A stretch of DNA of 59,641 bases from assembly GCA_014379105.1 (NCBI GenBank), contig JACMML010000038.1, positions 1 through 59,641 on the forward strand, in the 5' to 3' direction. The stretch comes from Phycisphaerae bacterium (GTDB lineage: Bacteria > Planctomycetota > Phycisphaerae > Tepidisphaerales > Tepidisphaeraceae). Position numbers and translations under genes: made by a program. How positions within the stretch are numbered: position 1 is the stretch's first letter; every line of letters starts with the position of its first letter. Below are positions 53,059 to 59,641 of this stretch, piece after piece. Under the pieces are notes generated by a model, which was not told where the DNA came from, ran no database searches, and worked only from the letters and a program-made list of their open reading frames with translations.

Positions 53059-53943
53059 CTACCACCAAAACCAGTCAACCGGGGTGCCGCTGTTGGAATG
53101 GGCGGCGATCGCGTTGTTGGCCGTGCTCGTCAGCGCCGCGTCGGCGCGGAGTTGTTTACCAGCGCCGACCGACGCGAATGATGTCACCCATTCGGCGTGT
53201 CCGTCTGCGAAGACCTGATTAGCGCCAGCTGCGCCAATGGGATACGTAGTTCCAAGAGCGATAGACTTCTTCTTGCGATCGATGTGGTTGATCCACCAGT
53301 CGTTGGCCGGCCAGGTGGCGGCCGTCGCGCCGAACATCACCGTATCGGCAAACAGAATGCACTTGGCTGCGCCTTTTTCGGAGATGCGCTGCAGGCGGAA
53401 TTGGAGCGTGCGATCTGTTCGTGTGCGGTCCCATCCGCCGTTGAGTTGACTCGCGCCGCGCGGGACGTAGACGTAGGAAATTTCATAGGTCTCTTCCCAA
53501 CCGTAGATGGCCGGCTGGGACATAAATCGCCAACGCTGGGTATATGAAGGGCACACCCACAGTGAATTGGAATTCTCCGGCATCAAGACATTGCCCACCG
53601 CCCCGGCCGGGCGCGTCCAACTGCCGCCTTTGAGAATCTGCTTGGTGATGTATTCGTAAGGGACCTTGCCAAGTCCGTCAGGCTTCCAGTTGAGGTCGCC
53701 GGTGTTGACGGTCTGTGGCGGCAGCCAACCTTTTCCGGTGTTTCGCCCGGACGTGCCGACCGAGGCCTCGTTGCAATACATCATCATCGCCGTGCCGAGC
53801 TGGCGAAGATTCGCCAGACACTTGACGCGCTTGGCGCTTTCGCGGGCCTTATTCAGCGATGGGAGCAGGATGGAGATGAGCAGCGCGATGATGCCGATGA
53901 CGACAAGCAGCTCGACGAGCGTGAATCCACGGTTTTTTCGCAT
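53059..53943 (-). CDS. Prepilin-type N-terminal cleavage/methylation domain protein (DUF1559-like, H-X9-DG-type C-terminal block)
   Basis: N-terminus [44 protein letters not shown] block. Ends in WFWW. Confidence 0.9.
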   Translation of the reverse strand: MRKNRGFTLVELLVVIGIIALLISILLPSLNKARESAKRVKCLANLRQLGTAMMMYCNEASVGTSGRNTGKGWLPPQTVNTGDLNWKPDGLGKVPYEYITKQILKGGSWTRPAGAVGNVLMPENSNSLWVCPSYTQRWRFMSQPAIYGWEETYEISYVYVPRGASQLNGGWDRTRTDRTLQFRLQRISEKGAAKCILFADTVMFGATAATWPANDWWINHIDRKKKSIALGTTYPIGAAGANQVFADGHAEWVTSFASVGAGKQLRADAALTSTANNAIAAHSNSGTPVDWFWW

Positions 53944-54100
53944 GATCGACTTGTTTTAGGACTGGCCGCGACAGGAACCGAATCCGCGCTTCGGTACGGC
54001 CAGTGACTATAACAATCGATCCCGAGTTTTCACAAGAATTGTTTGGAAAAAACTTGCGTTCCTGGAATACAGATCGCGCTTATGGGAAAAACTGTTGAGT

Positions 54101-55093
54101 TTACCACCAGAACCAAGCTACGCCGCCAGCAACCGGATCGTGAATGCCCAGTGCATTGTTCGGGTCGCTCGGAGCACTCGCGGCGGACGAGACTCTTGAA
54201 GGAGACGGCCCGGCGACGAGTTGCTCTTTGCCGTTTGCTCGCACTGTGTAGGGGAATGAAGTCACCCACTCGGCGTGTCCGTCCCCGAACACCTGATTCG
54301 CGCCGGCGGCTCCAAGGGGCCAGGATATACCGTCGCCCATTGAGGTCTTCTTTTTATCAATATGATTGATGTACCAGTTGTGCGTTGCCCCGCCATCCAG
54401 GGAAACGCCGCCGAACATAATGCAATCCGAAAAGATGACCTTACGCGCCGCGCCTTTTTCTGAAAACTTCTTGAGGCGTGGTTCGGGGAGCCCGCTGGCG
54501 CGGTCTTGGAACGCAGGATTTGGATTGGTTTTGTCGGTGCGGTCGAAAATGGCCGCGCTGTAGTTTTCGCCTTGCGGTATGTAGAGATATCCAATTTGAT
54601 AGCTCGTGGCCCATTCGGTTGGACCGGGTGAGCCACCCGCGAAATCGCTGCTCACTTCCACCAGAAATCGCCACTGCTGTGAATACGACGGGCAAACCCA
54701 GATCTGATTGGTATTTTCAGGAATCAGATGCTTCGATCCCGTTGCCGGCACGGGCGTTTCGGGCATTTTCCAAGAACCGTCGCGAAGGATTCGCTTGCTG
54801 ATGTATTCGTAAGGCACCTTGGCCATGCCGTCGGGCTTCCATCGTCCGCCGCTGTTGGTAAGTTGATTCGGCGCAAAACCCTTGCGCGACATCTTTCCGC
54901 CGGTCTGCGGCATTCCCTCGTTCGACGCCATCATTGCCGCCATCCCAAGTTGGCGAAGATTCGCCAGGCACTTCACCCGCTTGGCGCTCTCGCGCGCTTT
55001 GTTCAGCGACGGAAGTAGAATCGAGATCAGCAGCGCGATGATGCCGATGACGACGAGCAATTCGACGAGGGTAAATCCGTGTTTTTTCCGCAT
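54101..55093 (-). CDS. Prepilin-type N-terminal cleavage/methylation domain protein (DUF1559-like), paralogue 2
   Basis: Start moved to ATG 55093 ([35 protein letters not shown]). FGDGHAEWV block. Ends in WFWW. Confidence 0.9.
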   Translation of the reverse strand: MRKKHGFTLVELLVVIGIIALLISILLPSLNKARESAKRVKCLANLRQLGMAAMMASNEGMPQTGGKMSRKGFAPNQLTNSGGRWKPDGMAKVPYEYISKRILRDGSWKMPETPVPATGSKHLIPENTNQIWVCPSYSQQWRFLVEVSSDFAGGSPGPTEWATSYQIGYLYIPQGENYSAAIFDRTDKTNPNPAFQDRASGLPEPRLKKFSEKGAARKVIFSDCIMFGGVSLDGGATHNWYINHIDKKKTSMGDGISWPLGAAGANQVFGDGHAEWVTSFPYTVRANGKEQLVAGPSPSRVSSAASAPSDPNNALGIHDPVAGGVAWFWW

Positions 55094-55301
55094 AGGGCAC
55101 CCGCCACAGGTAAGAGCACATCTTGTAAAATGGCTCGCAAACAATCCGCCGGTTCGGCAACGCGATTTGCGCCGCCATTCATGTACGCTTAACAGTATTG
55201 CAAGGCGCGCCACTATTTGGCTACTTCTTAATGCGCAAATGTTTTTCTCATTTGCGCAGACGGCGGGAGGAAAGCCTGTCGGCGCGTTCAAAGGTGCGGA
55301 T

Positions 55302-56204
55302 TTACCACCAAAACCATGTCGTGGCGGTGCTTGAATGCGTCCCCATTGAGTTATTCAGGGAATTTGCGCCAGCCGACTCGGCGCGGAGTACATTGCTTGC
55401 GCCTGTGGATTTGAAGCTCGTTACCCATTCGGCGTGTCCATCCCCAAAGACCTGATTGGCCCCGGCAGCGCCGATCGGAGAGGTCACGCCGTTGGCAATC
55501 GATTTTTTCTTCCGATCGACATGGTTGATCCACCAGCCGACGTTGCTGGTGCCGCTAAAGTCGGTGACGGCGCCATACATCACCGAGTCGGCGAAGATGA
55601 TCTTCCGCGCGGCGCTTTTTTCCGAAATCTTTTGCAAGCGCGGCAGATAGTTTGTCGCCTCGACGACGGTTCGATCCCAGCCGGCATTGGTGCGTGTGCT
55701 CGTGCCTCGCGCGAGATAGAGATACGACGTGTCGTAGGTGAATTTCCAAGTGGCGTTGTTCTGCACGACAAATCGCCAGGACTGTTTGTAGGACGGGCAC
55801 ACCCAAAGATTATTGACGTTCTGCGGGATCAATATCGGAGTCGAGCCGACCGTCGGCGGCGGGTCAGCGATCCATCCTCCGGCCTTGAGCACCGATTTGG
55901 TGATGTGCTCATAGGAGCTATCGTACATCCCGTCGGGCTTCCATCCGCCGCTGACATCGACTTGTGGCGGCAGCCAGCCTTTGCGGATTTTCGTGCCGTC
56001 TTTATTCAGCATCCCCTCATTGGTGATCATGATGATCGCGGTGCCGAGCTGGCGCAGATTGGCCATGCATTTGACGCGGTTCGCGCTCTCGCGCGCCTTG
56101 TTCAGCGACGGCAGCAGGATCGAAATTAATAATGCAATGATGCCGATGACAACAAGAAGCTCAACGAGCGTAAATCCACGGCCGGCGCGGGGAAGCGTCT
56201 TCAT
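55302..56204 (-). CDS. Prepilin-type N-terminal cleavage/methylation domain protein (DUF1559-like), paralogue 3
   Basis: Start moved to ATG 56204 ([39 protein letters not shown]). FGDGHAEWV block. Ends in WFWW. Confidence 0.9.
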   Translation of the reverse strand: MKTLPRAGRGFTLVELLVVIGIIALLISILLPSLNKARESANRVKCMANLRQLGTAIIMITNEGMLNKDGTKIRKGWLPPQVDVSGGWKPDGMYDSSYEHITKSVLKAGGWIADPPPTVGSTPILIPQNVNNLWVCPSYKQSWRFVVQNNATWKFTYDTSYLYLARGTSTRTNAGWDRTVVEATNYLPRLQKISEKSAARKIIFADSVMYGAVTDFSGTSNVGWWINHVDRKKKSIANGVTSPIGAAGANQVFGDGHAEWVTSFKSTGASNVLRAESAGANSLNNSMGTHSSTATTWFWW

Positions 56205-56291
56205 TTTTAATGCTCCGCAGAGGAGATGTGACCAATTCCAACCGGCGCATTGTACAAATCGCGCGACCGGTCGTAATGGCAATTCTTGAAA

Positions 56292-56834
56292 TTATTCTTG
56301 CAATTGCCGCAGCTTGATGGCGGTTGCAGGATTCCCCACGGCGACGATTCCCGCTGGGAGATCGCGCGGGACGCTGGATCGCGCGCCGACCACCGTGCGA
56401 TCGCCGATCGTCACACCCGGGCCGACAAACACGTCGGCGGCGATCCACACGTCGCGTCCTAGCGTGATCGGCGGCTTGAGCAGCGGCAGCTTGAGGCTCG
56501 TGTGATCGTGCGAGCCGGCGCACAGGTAGCTGTGCTGGCTGACCATGCTCGCTTCGCCGATGGTAATGTTTCCCAGCGAATAGAGCGTGACGAAATCGCC
56601 GATGACGACGCCGTCGGCGAGATCGATGTTCCAGGGGATCTCTACGCGCGCCGTCGGGCGGATGCGCACCGCCCGGCCGACCCGCGCGCCGAAAAGTCGC
56701 AGAAGAAATCGACGCCAGGCGTACATATTGTGCCACGACCAGCGAAAGAGCGACGCCTGGACAATCATCCACAGCGCGCGTGCGGCCTTCTGCTTGAACG
56801 TCCATTCGCTGGTGTGCGCGTATTGCTGACTCAT
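56292..56834 (-). CDS. WcaF-like hexapeptide-repeat (LbH) polysaccharide O-acetyltransferase
   Basis: Start moved to ATG 56834, which overlaps the upstream stop (ATGA). N-terminal membrane-associated WRRFLLRLFGARVG, then hexapeptide repeats and HDH..., as in colanic-acid WcaF-type enzymes. Confidence 0.88.
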   Translation of the reverse strand: MSQQYAHTSEWTFKQKAARALWMIVQASLFRWSWHNMYAWRRFLLRLFGARVGRAVRIRPTARVEIPWNIDLADGVVIGDFVTLYSLGNITIGEASMVSQHSYLCAGSHDHTSLKLPLLKPPITLGRDVWIAADVFVGPGVTIGDRTVVGARSSVPRDLPAGIVAVGNPATAIKLRQLQE

Positions 56835-58036
56835 GGCGATGCCGGGCCTGTCGCGGGCGGTCGTGTATACGATCCCGCGAGCGACTCTTTGAATATCGGC
56901 ACAATCTCCCCGGCAAGCCACTTACCGAATATCTCAGCGCCCGGGCGATTGTGGTGCTGGAGATCGCTGAAATGCACTTCCCCGAGCTTGAACGGCTGCA
57001 CCTCGGCGGGGATGAACCGCACGCCCTCCTCGCTGGCGATACGAGAAACCGTGTTATCGAACGCCGTCGCCATGTCCGCGGCGATCAGATCGTTCTGCAG
57101 CGGCTCGGCCACGCCCATCTCGACGATTACGACGGCGATCCCCCGCTCCTTGAGGGCCGTGAGCATCGACCGAAGCCGCTGTACCATCGCCGGCGACGGC
57201 TCGGGGGATTCGGCCCATGCGTAGCTGTCGCGGGCGCGAGCGAGCATTCGCCGCATTGAAATGCGCGTCCTGGCGATCTCAAGCGTCTTCAACCCGCGGC
57301 CGCCGGTGAGTTGGAACGTCGTTTCACCGATGATTGGGTTGCCTTCCCGGCGATAGTCGATGCCGAGCGGCTTCAACGGCCTGGTCAGGTCCATCGCGAT
57401 CTGGTCTCGGTAGCGGAGCGTGTAGGAGATTTTTCCGAGTCCGTTGCGAATCACCACCGGCAGCGCGGGTGCTGCGTCAAATCCATGCGCGCGCAGTTCG
57501 GTCGTCCATCGTGAAAAATCCCAGAACACCGCCATGCGGGTTACGTCCGGTTCAGCGCCGCGCAGGTCGCGCACAGACAGACCGATCACCGCCAGCTTCG
57601 GCGGCCGCGGGTGAGTCGCCAGGTATTGAGTCACCGCCTCCATCGCATCGGCGCGAGCGCCGCGCAGCGCGTAGTTGGCGACGCGGACGTCGCCGAGTTG
57701 TGATCGGAGGTCATCGATTAGCGCCGGCATCCACACGCCCTCGCGCATCTGGCTGGAGCCGATCAGAGCGATGTCGGCCGGTGAGTCGGTGGCGATGAAC
57801 TCCCGCGCCGCGACGTACGTGACAGTCTGATCATCCGACGCGGCCAACTCCGGGTAGGCGATCAATGAGTGCGGGTCGCGCGTGCGCAGGAAAATCTCCA
57901 CGGCACAGACAATCCCGATCGCCAGCATCAGCGCGACGGGCATACCGCCGCCGACGCGATGCGCTGCGCGGCTATGCGACTTTGTCGGCTGCGCCGAAGG
58001 GTCATCAGAATTGGAAGTAGATGAACGTTCCGCCAC
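56831..58036 (-). CDS. Hypothetical membrane-anchored protein, DltD/AlgJ-like (SGNH-fold) partner of the MBOAT
   Basis: One N-terminal TM (MPVALMLAIGIVCAVEIFL). IALIGSSQMREG resembles the DltD/DUF1574 GSS nucleophile block. It lies directly downstream of and overlapping the MBOAT gene. The start could be 58036 or 57943. Confidence 0.6.
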   Translation of the reverse strand: MAERSSTSNSDDPSAQPTKSHSRAAHRVGGGMPVALMLAIGIVCAVEIFLRTRDPHSLIAYPELAASDDQTVTYVAAREFIATDSPADIALIGSSQMREGVWMPALIDDLRSQLGDVRVANYALRGARADAMEAVTQYLATHPRPPKLAVIGLSVRDLRGAEPDVTRMAVFWDFSRWTTELRAHGFDAAPALPVVIRNGLGKISYTLRYRDQIAMDLTRPLKPLGIDYRREGNPIIGETTFQLTGGRGLKTLEIARTRISMRRMLARARDSYAWAESPEPSPAMVQRLRSMLTALKERGIAVVIVEMGVAEPLQNDLIAADMATAFDNTVSRIASEEGVRFIPAEVQPFKLGEVHFSDLQHHNRPGAEIFGKWLAGEIVPIFKESLAGSYTRPPATGPASP

Positions 58037-59465
58037 CGAATTCTCCGTAGATCACCATTCCGAGCATCAGCGCCGCGTAGATCATCGCACGAACCGGGAC
58101 CGGTATGCGGAAAATAACATCGTGATCGTTGGACAGGTATTTCACCAGTTCCGCAGCCAGCAGCACCAGCGCCACGGCGCAGAGCGTCGCGATCATCGGC
58201 GGGGTCAAGTAGTTCTGTGCTGGCCAGGCTGCTTTGTCGATGCTGCGACCCAGCAGACGGGCGACGTTCTGCAACGTCGGCCCGCGGAAGAGCAGCCAGC
58301 CGAACGCGATGAACTGAAAGAAGACGACGATGCGAACCACCGTCCACGTGCCGGCTGCGAAGCGATTGCGTATTGTGAAATATTTATCCAGCAGCGGCTT
58401 GAGCGCCCGGTGCACACACAGCAACAGTCCGTGATAGACGCCCCACAGAACGAACAGCCACGTCGCGCCGTGCCAGAACCCGCCGAGGACCATCGTGAGC
58501 ATGAGGTTGCGATAAGTCGCCAATCGCCCGCCGCGATTGCCGCCGAGTGCGATATAGAGGTAGTCGCGCAGCCACGTCGAGAGGCTGATGTGCCAGCGCC
58601 GCCAGAAATCGCTGGGGTTTACCGCGAGATAGGGCAGGTCGAAGTTGCGCATCAGATCAAAACCCATCATTCGGGCGATGCCACGGGCGATGTCGCTGTA
58701 AGCGCTGAAATCGCAATATATCTGCAGCGAGAAGGCATAAATCCCGAGCACCGTGTTCCACCAGACCGGCGTGCCCTCGACCGGCGCATGCGGCGTGCCG
58801 AACACCGCGTCGGCGACCTTCGAGACGTTGTCCGCCAACACGATCTTCTTGAACATGCCGAGGCTGGCGAGGCAGAAGCCGTGATGGATATTGTCCCAGC
58901 TGATCACGCTGGGTGATTTGATCTGCGGCAGCAGGTGCGTCGCCCGCTCGATCGGACCGGCCACCAGCTGCGGGAAGAAGCCGACGAACGTCGCGTAGTG
59001 CAGCAGATTCCGCTCGGCCCGCAGGTGCCCGCGGTAGACATCCACCACGTACGCGATCGACTGAAACGTATAAAAGCTGATCCCGACCGGCAGCAGAATA
59101 TCGATCGTCCGACCGTGCGCGTCCCAGCCTATGTAGTGAGCTAGTTGGATGAACGAATCGATGAAGAAATTGCAGTATTTGAAGAACCCGAGCACCAGCA
59201 GATTGCACGCGATCGACGCGGCCAGCAGCACCTTGCGCCGCCGGACCAGGGCGTGGTCGGTATCATCGATCAACCGGGCGACGAAATAATCAAAAGTGCT
59301 CGTGCCGATCAGCAGAAACAGAAATCGCCAATCCCACGCGCCGTAGAAGCACCAACCGGCCAGCAGCAGGAAAATATTGCGCTTAACGACGTCGTTTCGC
59401 AGCAGGCAGACGACCGCGTAGACGACTGCGAAGAATGCGATAAACAGGAGGCTGTTAAACAGCAT
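58005..59465 (-). CDS. MBOAT family O-acyltransferase (AlgI/DltB-like)
   Basis: 486 aa, polytopic. Conserved SDFWRRWHISLSTWLRDYLYIALGGNR and FWHGATW blocks with the MBOAT catalytic His. Confidence 0.92.
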   Translation of the reverse strand: MLFNSLLFIAFFAVVYAVVCLLRNDVVKRNIFLLLAGWCFYGAWDWRFLFLLIGTSTFDYFVARLIDDTDHALVRRRKVLLAASIACNLLVLGFFKYCNFFIDSFIQLAHYIGWDAHGRTIDILLPVGISFYTFQSIAYVVDVYRGHLRAERNLLHYATFVGFFPQLVAGPIERATHLLPQIKSPSVISWDNIHHGFCLASLGMFKKIVLADNVSKVADAVFGTPHAPVEGTPVWWNTVLGIYAFSLQIYCDFSAYSDIARGIARMMGFDLMRNFDLPYLAVNPSDFWRRWHISLSTWLRDYLYIALGGNRGGRLATYRNLMLTMVLGGFWHGATWLFVLWGVYHGLLLCVHRALKPLLDKYFTIRNRFAAGTWTVVRIVVFFQFIAFGWLLFRGPTLQNVARLLGRSIDKAAWPAQNYLTPPMIATLCAVALVLLAAELVKYLSNDHDVIFRIPVPVRAMIYAALMLGMVIYGEFGGGTFIYFQF

Positions 59466-59520
59466 CGGCGAAACTCCGGGGCACGGTACAGAGCACCGGC
59501 GCGCGTGTCAAAGCAGTGAG

Positions 59521-59641
59521 GGAATTGGCCACAGAGGCACGGAGAACACAGAGAAGAATTCATTCGTTCGCGAAGGCGCGAAGAGACGAAGATTCGCGAA
59601 GAGTTCTTTTATTGTAAATTGAATCTCTTCCTTCGCGCACC
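59521..59641. repeat. Word-built palindromic element (word CGCGAAG), truncated by window end
   Basis: CGCGAAGGCGCGAAGAGACGAAGATTCGCGAAGAG ... CTCTTCCTTCGCGC, with an AT-rich core TTCTTTTATTGTAAATTGAATC that shares AAATTGAAT with the element at 18209-18340. Confidence 0.5.

Noticed and set aside
1-59641. tRNA, rRNA, prophage, integrase or transposase content.
   Set aside because: I scanned the intergenic regions by eye for cloverleaf-like segments and the ORF translations for integrase/transposase motifs and found none. This absence is by eye only and should be confirmed with tRNAscan-SE and Infernal.

Overview
High-GC bacterial chromosomal segment, most likely Planctomycetota. This is inferred from three tandem prepilin-leader/DUF1559-type paralogues, a giant secreted protein with an LExRQLLSA-type N-terminus, and a PEP-CTERM protein. 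No rRNA, tRNA, CRISPR array, transposase or integrase was recognised by eye. Gene content in order: (1) 5'-truncated RND adaptor plus CusA/CzcA-type pump; (2) hldE; (3) a small AT-richer islet with a minimal kinase-like ORF; (4) alpha/beta hydrolase; (5) Pat-type (ADP-forming acyl-CoA synthetase-like + GNAT) protein acetyltransferase; (6) a 1291-aa secreted FN3/dockerin-like/Calx-beta-like protein whose 3' third, together with the next small membrane-protein gene, is clearly AT-richer; (7) a 656-bp intergenic region holding a 9-copy 21-bp tandem array; (8) two small Ig/FN3-like genes and a GNAT gene; (9) a co-directional minus-strand cluster at 19400-30397: ABC ATPase, embedded hicBA, FtsX permease, PqqD-like protein, unknown 304-aa protein, 16-TM OPT-like membrane protein, and a 1685-aa double-FtsX permease with a PA/M28-like ectodomain. 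I consider this cluster the best candidate for an undescribed system; (10) a beta-propeller protein and a signalling patch (PilZ, PP2C phosphatase, DUF1569, orphan histidine kinase); (11) argJ; (12) a large exopolysaccharide-type locus (PEP-CTERM beta-helix protein, five or six glycosyltransferases, two methyltransferases, Wzx-like flippase, GT-C-like membrane proteins, SGNH esterase), with a later MBOAT/DltD-like/WcaF-like O-acetylation module; (13) a hypothetical gene embedded in G-rich/C-rich repeats; (14) SnoaL-like and SGNH proteins. Many intergenic gaps hold long imperfect hairpins built from short degenerate words around an AT-rich core. All calls rest on reading the translations and the sequence by eye. 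No database search or computation was run.
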